Shown one piece after another: positions 11,950 to 23,725 of a stretch of 64,000 nucleotides of DNA. The DNA lies in contig NW_013657654.1 in the NCBI RefSeq assembly GCF_000142905.1, positions 62,001 to 126,000 on the forward strand, given 5' to 3'. Position 1 is the stretch's first letter. Each line of letters begins with the position of its first letter. The notes beneath the pieces were generated by a model. The model was not told the DNA's origin and did no database searches. It worked only from the letters and a program-made list of their open reading frames with translations. Position numbers and translations under genes: made by a program. Origin of the DNA: Thecamonas trahens ATCC 50062. Taxonomy: Eukaryota > Protista > Apusomonadida.

Positions 11950-12476
11950 CTACGAATCGTCCGAGTTCGAGTCCGAGTCCGACTCGTCCGACGACGAGAA
12001 CGACACCGAAGCTCCGGCGACCGCCAGCCGCGCCAGCTCGGGCGGCGGCGGCTTGGGCGGCGGGCCCGTGCTGTTGTTGCTTGCGCTCGCGGCCGCGCTT
12101 CCGTCGCCAGCGTTCCCGCTGCCGTCCGGCACGCTGGCGCCGCTGGCCTCGGCCTCGGCCGCCAGCGCCTCCAGGTCCTCCGGCTCGGCGTACTGGGCGA
12201 GGTTCGCCAGGTCGATGCCTGGCTTGGCCAGCGTCTGGTACGCCTGCCGCCCAATCGTTCGGGTCGCCTTGCTCTTCTTCTTCTTCTTCTTCTTCTTGCG
12301 CTTGCGGCGGCGACGGCGGCGGCGGGCCGTAGTTTCTTCGCTCGCCTCGCCGCTCTGGCCGGCATCACCTGCCCCGCCCAAGGCCGGCTCCGCCGGCGCT
12401 GCCACGGGAGCCACAGCCACGGGCGTCGAAGCCGGCGACGCCGAGTCATCTTCCTCCTCCTCGTCGTCATCGTCGT

Positions 12477-12507
<31 letters not shown>

Positions 12508-15500
12508 ATCGTTCTCGCCGTCGTCGGCGTCGATGCCAAACGCTGCGTCTGCTGGACCACGTCATAGATGACAGTCTCCTCGTCCGAGGCAACGCCAACG
12601 AGCATGCCGACCTTGGTCGAGTACAGCTGGAGCGCGCCCATGCCCGGCAGCTCAATAACCGACCAGACGAGGCCCGAGTCGACCGAGCGGACCTCGATGC
12701 GGCCCGCGGGCCCGCCCGAGAGGAGGCCGAGCACAAACGGGGCCCGGTGGACAGTGGAGATGACAAAGCCGCTCCACTCGAGGTCGTACGGCCGCGAGCG
12801 GCGGGCAGTCGACCGTTCGACAAACCGCGAGTACTGGTCAAATGTGCAGAGGAGCTCGCCGTTGCCGAGCGAGATGATGTCGGCGGCTGTCGCTCGCGGT
12901 TTGACGTTCTTGAACTTGAGGATCTTGGTCACAGCAAACGTGCCATTGTCCTTGGCCGAGAGGAGCCAGAAGCCCTTGACGTGGCCCACCCCCAGTCGCC
13001 GTGGCGCAGGTACCGGAGCACTGTCGCCGACGACGGGAGATCGACGCGCTTGGTCTTGTGGAACGACGACTCGATCCACTCAAAAATGCCCAGCGACGAC
13101 GAGATCGACGAGACGATAAACTCGCCCGCGCGCGTCGAGCCAAACGCGTGGAGCGACGAACCCTTCGAGCCCTTGATCTCCAGCGGCTGCCACGGGCCGA
13201 TGGCCGAGACGTAAAACACAACTAGGACGCCTGACTTGGCCACTTGCGAGATAACGAGGCCGAGCGACTCGATGACCGTCACGCCTGACATCGGTGTCCG
13301 CGCCATGATGGCGCGCGCTCCGTCGTCGCCGATGTTCTCGATGTGGAACGGCGCGCCCCGCGACGAGTACAGCGCGGTCGAGCCCCAGAGATCAAAGGCG
13401 ACGACGGCGCCGCGGAGCGCCGTGAACCGCGTCGCGGCAAAGCCCTCATAGTTGTGGTCGAGCATGCGGATGGCCGACCGCGGGCCACCGCCGCCCACCC
13501 CGCTGCCCAGCCGCGGCTTGAGCTCCAGCGGCGGTGTCGTCTTGGGCCCCTTGCCCTTGGCCGGCTTGGCCTTGGCCTTCTCGTAAAGCCCGGCGAGCGT
13601 GATCTCCTGCGTCCGCTTGAACTTGTCCACGAAAGTGGTGCCCGAGCGGAGCGCCACCCGCTCCGCGTTGACGAGCTTGGTGAGGAGAAAGTCAACAAAG
13701 GCGTCGTCGGCGTTCCACACCGCAGACGGCGTCGGCGGGCCAAACGGCCGCACGCAGTCCTGTCGCGCAAACTGGACCAGGTACTGCCCCGGCTTGGGGC
13801 CCGGCTGGACCACCGCGTAGCAGTGGAGGAACTGGCAGTGGATCGCATCCGGTGAGTACGGCGTTCGTCCGTCGGTAAACACAATCGCCACAATGTCGTT
13901 GCCAATCTGCCGCTTCCGCTGCACCTCCTGCCCCGAGTTTTCGCGGTCGTGCGGGAGCTCGGCGCGACGTGGAACATGACGTCGTAGCCGCGGACCTGTG
14001 CAAAGAGCGAGTAGTCGCCGGTCCCGCCGGCATCGACGTCGAGCCCGGCTCGGTACCCGTCCCAACCCTTGAGCGGAACCCGCGTTCCGATGAGATTGGT
14101 AAACGCCACAAAGGCTGCGTCCAGCCCGTTTGGCGACGGATCGTAGTCGTTGGCGAGGAACTCAGTCTCGCACGTCTGGCCCTCGCGGACGTACACCAGG
14201 CCAAACTTGTACTTACGCGGCAGGTACGAGTCCTCGAGCTTGGCAAGCTCGGCCGCATGCCGCTGCTGGTTGAGGATGACCATCTTCTTGGCCGCCGACG
14301 CGTACTCGGGCTTGACCGCCGTGAGCACGGCCTTCAGCTGCGCCTTGGCCGACCCGGCCTTGGAGCCCTCGTCGAGCGGTGGGAAGAGGAGCCGGTAGTT
14401 ACCGGTCCGCGCCCACACAATCGCCCGCAGCGTCCGCGCCCCGGCACCCTCCCACACCAGACTCACCGCCATCGGCCCGTAGCTCTTGTCGCTGCCCACA
14501 AAGTTGGTGTGCTCCTTGTGCGCAAAGTACTCGCGATACCAGCCGACAGCGTCGTCGTCGTCCTCGACGAGCACGTTGAACGAGGCCTTGTCGCGCCACA
14601 CCCGCTCGTCCACAGGCTCAATCGTCCACCCGCCTGCAGGCTTGAGGAGGCCGAGCGGGGACTCGGGGCAGTGGTCCGGAACCCCACCGAGCGCCCCGAG
14701 CGCCGCTGCCTGGGTCGCCCGCGCTGCCGCCACACGCGCCGTCACCTGAAGCTCGGTAGCAATGTCAGTCTCGTCGGCTTCGTCGCCCGACGACGTGTAC
14801 TCCGAGTCGTTGTTGCCCATGCCCCAAACGACGCAGGATACTCGCTCTCCGACATGGCCCCGTGGAGCGTCGACGATGAGCCCGACGGCGTCGACGGCGA
14901 GACAACCGTCTCGAGTGAGCGCGGCCCGATGATGGCTCCGGCGCCAAGCTCAACCTCGCTGTTCCCGACCTGCCCGCCGCCGCCAGACTCATCATCGCTG
15001 TCCGAATCTTCAGAGTCCGACTCGTCCGAGTCCGACTCGTCGGCGCTGCCGCCGGCAGCTGCTGAGCCGCCTGCGGCGAGCGCCGCCTGAGCCGACGACC
15101 GGGCAGCAGCCTCCTCCTGGCGCGCGAGCGAGCGCTTGCGAATAGCGTCGTCGATGGACTCGTCGTCAACGTCGGTCAGTTCGATGCCGAGCTCGGCAAT
15201 GCGCTTTGCGGCCCAGATGCGCTTGACCCAGAGGTTGCGATCGCGCGGGGAAGAGGCAAGGAGCGTGATGAATCGCGACTTCTTGCCTGCGCCATAAGCG
15301 ATGGAGAAGGCGCAATGAGCCGAGTCGTCCTTGAGACCCGATGGCACACCATCGACCGGAAGCACATCGTTGATGATATCCATGCTCAACCTCTTGATGG
15401 GAGTTTTGTCGGTAATGTTCGTCCGGTAGGTGACCTCTCCGTTGCGGAGGTCAAACCATCGCAGCTTCCACCCGCGGAACTTTTTGCCAGGATGCTTTCT

Positions 15501-15824
15501 CAGCCAGCCCTTGGCCGAGGCATGGGGCAAGGCTGCCTTGAGTGCCGCCATCTGTATGTCGTTCTTTGCTTGCCCATTCCCACAGCCACCACTGCCACCG
15601 CCACCACCACCACCACCACCACCACCACCACCACCACCACTACCGCTGCTTCCGTTGCCTCCACCACTTCCCCCTCCTCCCGTCCCTGTCCCAGTCCTGG
15701 TCCCTCCTCCACCACCGCTGTTGGCCCCGCTTGCTTTCCGCTGCTGACGGAGCGCTCGCTTCTTGGTACGAATGGTTCGAAAGGCAAAGCCACGTTGCTG
15801 GCCCTTGCCTCCACTGCTTGACAT
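11950..15824 (-). CDS. PH + RapGAP + CNH-like domain protein (GARNL3-like), broken by four +1-repairable frame breaks (~14820, ~13962, ~12995, ~12538)
   Basis: PH: KGWLRKHPGKKFRGWKLRWF...DRNLWV. RapGAP: YKFGLVY, LKGWDGYRAGLD, MFHVA, QRKRQIGNDIVAIVF (Asn thumb), FLLTKLVNAE. CNH-like: YDLEWS...APFVLG...IEVRSV. Acidic/basic tail. Five ORF pieces are collinear. Confidence 0.8.
15587..15640. repeat. (CCA)n trinucleotide tract encoding poly-Gly on the minus strand
   Basis: Run of ccaccacca within the PH-RapGAP gene. Confidence 0.85.
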
Positions 15825-16186
15825 GCTTTTGCTTGGTGGGAGAAAAAAAATGGACGTCCCTCTCTCACCCGCTCTGTTGCCCCCCTTGCGTGCGGTGTCC
15901 GTCGTACTCGGTTCGCGGGCGAGTTGCGAAGCAAACGCGGTGTGTGCGTGCCTGTCGTTTGATTCGCCGGCCTTCTTCCATGTTCTGTATATAATTGTAC
16001 ATTCGCCATCGATTGCAGAGTCCGACGAGTGGTGGCCACTCGCCAACAGCCAGCCGACAAACTGCCAATCAATGCTTATGTTGCCGGACTTGGTGGCACC
16101 TCAACTGGCGCCAGCACCTCGCTCTCTTGGGCCTCCCAAACACACACACACACACGCACACGTACATAGACACAGCCCGGACCACC

Positions 16187-18276
16187 ATGGCAAGTAGCCG
16201 ACACACAGGCGTGTCTACCGTCCATAGAATGCTCTCTCTCGACGACAAAAAGCCGTGGCTGAAGCGCTCCATGCCGCTGGCCAGCAAGGCCGACATGAGC
16301 TCGTCCTCGCCTCGATGTCGCTTCCTGTGCTACCCAAGCCGCTCGCTGCCCTCACCGATCTCATGCGGCTGGACCTCTCACACAACATGCTCGCTGCTGA
16401 GGATGCGCTGCTCCCGCTGACGCACTTGACCAGACTCACCGATCTGCATCTCTCGCACAACGCCCTCGCCGCGCTCCCGCCCCGCCTCGCCTCCCTTACC
16501 TCGCTCACGGCCCTCGCCGCAAACTCCAACTTTCTCACATCGCTCCCAGAGAGCTTCTCGGCGCTCAAGCGGCTGGAGACGCTGTTTCTGTGGACAAACA
16601 AGATCGAGACTCTGCCGCCGGCCATCGTCCACATGACATCGCTCACCGAGCTCCATCTCAATGACAACGAGATGGTCGCCCTCCCGGCCGAGCTGGCAAG
16701 CCTACCGCGCCTGGCAACACTCGCCGTGCGCTCAAACAGCTTGACTACGCTGCCGATGGCCCTCGGATCGGCGCCGGCGCTCACGGTGCTCGATTTGGCG
16801 CATAACTCTCTGACAGACATCCCACCAAGTCTCTCGGGCCTTGCCGGGCTCAAACGGCTCGTGCTCCGCGGCAATCCGCTCCGCGAACTGCCTCCGGCGC
16901 TTGGCGCGCTTGGCGCGACGACCGAACTCGACGTCAAGGTTGCACCCGACGCTGCCGCGGCGACGGCCATGGCTGGCGGCTCCTCGTCGCTCGCCGCTAC
17001 CCTCCGATTCAACGCGCTCATGCAGGCCATCGAGTCCGGATCCTGCAGCGACGTCGCCGCTGCGCTCGCGCCCGATGCTGCAGGCAACTCGCCGGTGCTC
17101 ACAGGGACCAACGCTGCCGGCGAGAGGCCTCTCTACCTTGCGGTCCGCCTTGGCCGTCTCGACGTCGTCGAGCTGCTGCTCGCCGCCAACGCCGACGTGG
17201 AGGCCAAAGCCAACACCCGCGCCGAGCTCGCGCCGCTCCATGTTGCCGCCATGCTCGGCTTTTACAACCTGGCGCAGAAGCTCATCCGCGCCGGCGCGGC
17301 AGCTTCGGTCCTCTGCGCCCACCGGCGGACGCCGCTTCACTACGCCGCGCTCTACGGTCACGCCGACATGGCGCTCCTCCTCCTCCACGACTCGGTCGAT
17401 GCCCATGCTGCCGACGAGCTCGGCTTCACCGCCCTTCATACTGCAGCTCAGGCCGGCCAGCTTGCTGTCGTCGAGGTTCTTCTCGACCACACCGAAACCG
17501 AGGCACTCGTCGCTGCGCTCGACGACGAGTCCGCCACTGCGCTGCATGTCGCCGCCGCCGCCGGCCGGGACGCCATCTGCCGCAAGCTCCTCGCCGCCGG
17601 CGCAGAGCTCGACGCCCGCGACGCTGCAGGCCGCAGCCCGCTGCACCTCGCTGCCACAGCCGGTCACGCCGCCGTCGGCAACCTGCTCCTGGCCGCCAAA
17701 GCCGAGGTCGATGAGCCTGATACTGCCGGCGAGACGCCGCTTCTCCACGCTGCCCGCTCCGGCTCGGTCGCCCTTGTCGGCGCTCTGCTCAAGGCGCTTG
17801 CCTTGCCCGAGACTGTGAGTGCCGCCGGCGAGACCGCTCTGCACCTCGCCGCCGCCGCCGGGCATGCCGACGTCATCGCCACCCTCTTGCCGTATGCGTC
17901 CGAAGGCGAGCTGAACATGCGCAACGACGCGTCGTGGACGCCGCTCCACTGTGCAGCGTGGGCCGGCCACACAGACGCTGTAGCCACGCTCGGCGCTGCA
18001 CCTGGCGTCGACGTCAACGCGCTCACCTGCTTCGCCGACTCGCCGCTGCATCTGGCCGCCCTGCTCGGCCACACTCGCGTAGTCTGCGTACTTCTCGACG
18101 CTCACGCCGAAGTCGGCATCGTCAACGATGCCGGCGAGACTGCGCTCGAGCTCGCATACGAGCCAGCCGTCATCACGGCGCTCTCCGACGCGTCGACGTC
18201 CAGCGTGGCCATGGTCAACTCCACAACTCGGCTCCGCGACCGTGAGCTCGCCGTGGCTGCCGCCGAGCTCTTTTGA
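16187..18276 (+). CDS. Leucine-rich repeat + ankyrin repeat protein
   Basis: About 9 LxxLxLxxNxL repeats followed by about 10 GxTPLHxAA repeats. ATG 16187 joins ORF 16255 with +1 nt at GACAAAAAGCC (~16250). Confidence 0.9.
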
Positions 18277-18284
18277 CTTTAAGC

Positions 18285-20707
18285 TCAAGTCCCGGTCGCT
18301 GGGTCGTAGTCAAAGCCTGGGTGGCGGTTGTAGGCAATGTCGAGCGGCTCGAGTGAGGCGTAGCCGCGTAGGATGAGACCGATCCGATCCAGGGCCGGCG
18401 CCGAGGCGTTAAAGTCGCGACGGATGTTGGCCCACGAGAAGACGTCGACAAAAGCGCGAAGCGTCCAATGATCGTGGCCCAGACCTGACGAGAGGTGGTA
18501 CATGCAGGTGTCGATAGGGTGGATCATGAGCTCAATGAGGACCGAGCCCGGTGGCATAAAGAGGACGCCGGTAAAGTGTGAGCCCGTAAACCCGATGACC
18601 ATGTTGGCAGTCATCCACGTTGCGACCTGGTCCTGCCACGGCAGGAGGCCAGGTGCAAACTCTTTGACCCAACCGCCTGGCGGGCCGGCGTCGACGAGCG
18701 GCTGGATAAAGGCGATGAGCTCGTCAATGTTGATAAAGTTGCGCCCGTTGACGTGCTGCGCCACAAGGACCCGCAGCGGCGCCGATGGCGGAGCCGCGTC
18801 GCTGGCCGGCTCGACACCGTCGACCAAGACCGACCGCGCCAGCGGCGGCGCCACTTCGACCTCGAGCCCAAACTTGTGCATGGTGAACGCGGTGATTGAC
18901 GCCGCAATGGTCCGCAGAATGTCCAGCGGCGGCGTGCTCTTGAGGTGGTACGGGCCGAGCCCGACATCAAGGACCACGTCGGCGACAATGAGGTGGGTAT
19001 CGCGCGAGACGAACCGCGCCCAGAGCGACCTGACCGCTTCGTTCGTCTCCTCGCTCCACGGATCGTCGAAGCGGTAGCGGAAGATGGCCTCAATCGATGT
19101 GGTGGCATGTGGCCCAAGAACGTTCTCTAGATACGCGTTGGGGTGCTCGATGAGGAGGTCGACCACGTAGAAGAGCTTCGCAAACTTCTCGACCGTCATG
19201 TGAAAAAGTGGTGGCCATACAGCGTCCGACACTTGATGAGGATGGGGACGTAGAGGACTTCGCGATCGGGCATGCCTTCAAACAGGAGTGTGCCGTTCTC
19301 GTCGCGTTCGAGTCGCGGCGGGATCGAAGCCCCTCGCGCGTCCATGTCCTCGGACGAAGTCATTGCAAACGGAAACTCGGCCGAGAAGAAACGACCAGCC
19401 GACTCGCGCGCGGCCGGCAGCAGCTCGACGTAGCTGTCATGTCGTTCCGAGTAGTACGAGAGCCAAAAGCGGTCGAGGATGCCATTGGAGTCTGTCCCCC
19501 ATGCCAATGCCTTGGGTAGCGCCGCCGCATATATCCACCGCGGGACGTAGAGCGCGTCGTTCGACCGAGGCCAGACCCGCATGCTCCGCGGAAACGCTCT
19601 CGCATATTCAAACGCTGCCTCGAACGAGAGCGCGTCGCCATCAGCATGGAGGTACTCGCCCTCGAGCGGCGGGTGGCACCAGTACGCATGCTCAATGTGC
19701 TTCATATCGCGGCACCAGTTGTCGCGATCCGAGGCGTGGAGGAAAAGCGGCGCAGCACGGAGGACAGGCTTGATCTCCGAGACACAGGCGAGCATGGCGC
19801 CGGCCTCATTGCGGATCTTGCCGTCGACCGTAAGCTCGCCTACAAAGTCGTGGACAAGCCGAAGCGGGCCCTTGTCACCGGTGATAAACGCACCGACAGT
19901 GAAGTTGGCCACTGCTTCCTCCATCGAGATGAGCCGAGCCTCGGCTCCGGCCTCCTCAAACAGCTTGCGAACAGCAGGCACAAGTTTGCAAGTCATCGAG
20001 CGCGCAGTCTCGCGGCTGCCCATGTACGCCACCACAGCGTCGCGGATCTCTGGCACCCGGGCCTTGGGGAGGAGGAGCGCGCACAACGGACGGTTCTTGA
20101 GGATGGTCGGTGGATTGTTGAGCGCATACGGATCGTCGCACGGCTCGCCCGCCGCCAGGGCAGCCTCGATCTCCTCCAGCTGCTCCGCCTCGACAGACTT
20201 TGCGAACTCTGCCTCCAGCGCGACATCCACCGTCTCCGCCCAATGCCCAACCAGAGGCATGCCCTGAGTCTTGACTTCCCAAGGCGTCATGGGAAGTCGA
20301 GGCGCGGGTGCCGGAGTTGCTGATGACGGAGGGGGCGATGTCGGCGATGTCGGCGACGTCGGCGATGTCGGCGACGTCGGCGATGTCGGCGACGTCGGCG
20401 ATGTCGGCGACGTCGGCGATGTCGGCGACGTCGGCGATGGCGGCGATGGCGGCGATGGCGGAGGTGATACTTGCTCAGCACTTGGACCAGGTTGATTCGC
20501 TTGCGGAGGAGGCGTTGGCGGTACCTCACCCGGCTCACTCGACTTGATCGGCTCAGTCGGCTTGGCCAAATCGCCGACGCGGCGACGGAGAGGATGTACG
20601 GGGCTCTTCTTGAGGCCCAAACTCGACCACACCACCGACACGGCCACCACCGCCATCACCGCATACATCATGACATGCCTCAGTCGGCGTGTCAGTCGGT
20701 ATGTCAT
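18285..20707 (-). CDS. Type II membrane glycosyltransferase, GT61/DUF563-like, with Ser-Pro-Thr stem; one frame break at ~19205
   Basis: N-terminal TM anchor and (SPT)n stem. C-terminal RNFINIDEL...WQDQVATW..ANMVIGFTGSHFTGVLFMPPGSVLIEL. Adding 1 nt in TTTTT gives HHFFHM and joins the two ORFs. Confidence 0.65.
20335..20460. repeat. 9-bp coding tandem repeat (GGCGAYGTC)n encoding (SPT/SPP)n
   Basis: About 14 copies visible directly. Confidence 0.9.
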
Positions 20708-21220
20708 GCTTCTCTGCTTTTCTAGCTGTGGGATGGGGAGTGGCGGTGAGGTGGGGTGAGGTGATGTGATGTGTGTGTGTGTGGGGGGGGGGGGGGTGGC
20801 GGTGGCGGTGGCGGTGGCGGTGGCGGGCAAGGGCGGGGCGAATGACCGCAATTATGGCGGCAAATGCGGCTGCTGCAGCAAATGCGCGCGGCTGCTCCTG
20901 CTGCCGCGTCGAGCTAACACCTGACGCAAGACAGCACAGAGAGGTTGACTATGTTTGCCCGTGCAGCTCGTGCCACTCGCATGTACGCCCACTTACCGAA
21001 GGAGAGAGAACATGTGTAGAGGTGGTAAGGGAGTGATGGCAAGCAAAGGTCTGCCATGGTCTGTCTCGCGCATGACCCGTATCACCCTCGTTGGTCATGG
21101 CGGGCGTGGCCGGTCCGTGAGGTGCCGCTCCGGGTGCCCCATCCTGGTGTGGAAGGGGACACCCCCTGTCCGCCCGGTGAGTGTGATACAGAACATGGGA
21201 TATGACTCACATACGCGTAC

Positions 21221-21811
21221 ATGTCTTTGCTATCTCTGGGTCGAGCTAGGCCGCGCCTCGTTGCCCAGTGGAGAAGAGCCGCTCGGGTGGCCTCCAGTCC
21301 GTCGACAAGCCGCTGGCTGGCGGCCGGCATGGCGACGGTGTGCGGGAGTGTGATGGTGCCGGCCCGCGTTGTCTGTGCCCCTGCAGTGGTGGCTGACACT
21401 GCTGATGCCGCAAAGGCTTGGCTCCCTGCAGATGCCATCAAGAACGACGCCCTCGTCATCGACCTCTCCATCGAGGAGGAGGACTCGATGTGGGCTACCG
21501 TCGACCGTGCCCTCTCTGGCCCGATGCATCTGTTTCTGCTCGGCGCAGGCGGCTCCGGCGTTGTCGTTGGCATGGTCTTTGGCGCATTGACCTTTGGTGC
21601 CGCCTTTGTCATCACCACTCTCTCTGCCTTCGCTACCACCCTCGTCTACAATGGCCATGTCACCGTCACTTGGGGCGGCGAGACGCTCACCAACGCACTC
21701 GCCTCACGTACAAAGACCATCCAGAACAAGCTTGAGCAGCTCGCTCGCATTGAGATCCCCATCGCTGCTGCCTTTGGTGCTGGCTTTCTCCTTGGCGTCA
21801 AGGTCCTTTAG
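21221..21811 (+). CDS. FUN14-family mitochondrial outer-membrane protein
   Basis: Arg-rich presequence-like N-terminus; glycine-rich TM (GAGGSGVVVG), YNGHVTVTW, terminal AAFGAGFLLG. Confidence 0.7.
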   Translation: MSLLSLGRARPRLVAQWRRAARVASSPSTSRWLAAGMATVCGSVMVPARVVCAPAVVADTADAAKAWLPADAIKNDALVIDLSIEEEDSMWATVDRALSGPMHLFLLGAGGSGVVVGMVFGALTFGAAFVITTLSAFATTLVYNGHVTVTWGGETLTNALASRTKTIQNKLEQLARIEIPIAAAFGAGFLLGVKVL

Positions 21812-21836
21812 CCTCATTCCGTCCAGCTACACCATA

Positions 21837-23681
21837 TTACACCTGCTCCCCTGTCTTCCACCCCGCTAGCATCGCTACAACCTCGTCGTGGCCCTCATCG
21901 CCTGCGTACTCGAGCGCTTGAGCCAGCACCACTGCCGGCACCGGACCGGCACCTGCCACAAGCGCCACCACGGCGCCGTGCCCATTGCACGCGGCCGCAA
22001 TGAGCGCCTCGTATCCACGCACGCTTGCATCCGTCCGCACATCGCCGAGCAATGCGCGAACCACGTCGACATGCCCCAGCTCAGCCGCATGAACAAGCGC
22101 GTACCCGTCGCTCACATTCGGATCAACTCGCCCGTCAGCGAGGAACACCGCGACCGTCTCCGCGCTACCAGAGACTGCAGCAAGGGCCCACGCCGCGTAC
22201 CCATCGCGTGCCACATCCACCCGGCTGTCGCCGAGAAGGAGCGCCACAATACCAGCATGCCCACCCTGTGCCGCCACCCGCAGCGGCTCACCGCCGCGCA
22301 CGTCCGGATCGATCGTCGGCGCAGCCAGCAGCAGCGCCGCCACCTCGTCGCGCCCATGGAGCGCCGCAGACACAAGCGCCGCGCCCTGCGCGTGGTTGGC
22401 ATCGAATCGCGGGTCGGTCACAAGCTGGGCAGCCACTACTGCGTGGCCGGCACGCGTTGCCGCCTCCAGCGCCCGCTGCCCGTCCGCTTCCGGATCAATC
22501 CGGCCATCGGCGAGTAGCACCGCCACCGCGTCACACGATCCGGCCGCCGCCGCTGCTGCCAGTGCCCGGTTCCCGGTTGTAAAATCGTACTTGCCACCGA
22601 CTCGCTCCAGCATTCGCGCCAGCAAGTTGCCGCGATCAGCCGCCGCCGCCGCCACCACTGCGGCGTACTCGCGAGTCGCCACCGCGCACGACTCGTGCTC
22701 CAGCAGCTCCGCTGCCATGTCAAAGTTACCGGCCTCGGCCGCCAGCACCAGCGCTGCACCGAGCTCCCACGAGTCTTTCTCGACCGAAGCCATGAGGAGA
22801 ATATCGACCACATCACGCGCCGCCGGCGCCTGGAGCGAGCCCGACGCCACCGCGACCGCACCCCAAAGCGCGTACTCGTGGATCGACGACGGCCGTGCCC
22901 ATCGCCCGCCAACATCCACCGGCGCTGCCCACGGCGGCGCCTCCGGCCGTCGCACCTCCCACGGCCGCCACGTCTCAAACGACGACATAGCCTCCATCAC
23001 GAATCGCGGCGGCGACGCCGGCCCCAGGTACGATCGTCCGCGCGGCAGCGCCCGCATCCGCTCGGCTCGGCTCCGGTGCGCCCGCCGCGGTCCCAGCCCA
23101 CACCGATACCGCACCTCCGAAACAACTTCGCCCAAAAGATGTCCTCGCTGCGACTCGGGTGACGGCGCAGAGACCAGGGAGGCCGACGGTCCGGCCTCGG
23201 CCACGGCCTGCTTCCGACTCATCTTCAGCTGCGCCCTCAAAATCGACCGTGTGGCGAACCACAGGTTGTAGCGGACCGTCAGATCAAGATCAAGTGATGT
23301 GTGCATCCGCGCCGCCGCAAACGGATCCGCCAGAAATACGTAGTACAGCCGCTTGGACGAGCGGGCGAGAGCGAGGACCGAGGCCGGCGGGAGTGGCGGA
23401 CCGTAGGCCACCCCAAAGGCGATAATATGCAGAACTTCAGGAGGAAGTTGCTCCAAAAGCGACAGCTCATACTCTTCCCCATCTTCATCATCCATGCCGG
23501 CTCTGGGCTTTCTACCTGTCTCCATGCTCGCGCTCCGGCTTTCACAATCTTGCATGCTGTCGGCTGTCGGCACGGTCGGAGCGACAGGTGGCAGAGCCGA
23601 AACGGGTACGAGCTGATCGCAGCCGTGCCGGCAGCACCTGGGCCACTGCCGTGCCTCCCTCCCGCTCTCCTTTCCTGCCAT
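21837..23681 (-). CDS. F-box-like + ankyrin repeat protein
   Basis: LLEQLPPEVLHII F-box-like motif; C-terminal ankyrin repeats of the AAxxGHxxVVxxLLxDxRVDP type. True start may be 23555 or later. Confidence 0.7.
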   Translation of the reverse strand: MAGKESGREARQWPRCCRHGCDQLVPVSALPPVAPTVPTADSMQDCESRSASMETGRKPRAGMDDEDGEEYELSLLEQLPPEVLHIIAFGVAYGPPLPPASVLALARSSKRLYYVFLADPFAAARMHTSLDLDLTVRYNLWFATRSILRAQLKMSRKQAVAEAGPSASLVSAPSPESQRGHLLGEVVSEVRYRCGLGPRRAHRSRAERMRALPRGRSYLGPASPPRFVMEAMSSFETWRPWEVRRPEAPPWAAPVDVGGRWARPSSIHEYALWGAVAVASGSLQAPAARDVVDILLMASVEKDSWELGAALVLAAEAGNFDMAAELLEHESCAVATREYAAVVAAAAADRGNLLARMLERVGGKYDFTTGNRALAAAAAAGSCDAVAVLLADGRIDPEADGQRALEAATRAGHAVVAAQLVTDPRFDANHAQGAALVSAALHGRDEVAALLLAAPTIDPDVRGGEPLRVAAQGGHAGIVALLLGDSRVDVARDGYAAWALAAVSGSAETVAVFLADGRVDPNVSDGYALVHAAELGHVDVVRALLGDVRTDASVRGYEALIAAACNGHGAVVALVAGAGPVPAVVLAQALEYAGDEGHDEVVAMLAGWKTGEQV

Positions 23682-23725
23682 GGGCGCTCACGCATGCACT
23701 GTCTTACTGGCAGCTACTCTGCTCT

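Noticed and set aside
13940-13985. Tiny introns as the cause of the frame breaks
   Set aside because: The motif spacing leaves no spare bases and no GTA..AG pair matching the real introns is present.
11950-15824. Frame-broken genes called as pseudogenes
   Set aside because: No nonsense codons or motif decay, conserved housekeeping genes such as PIG-S are affected, and the breaks are one-directional.
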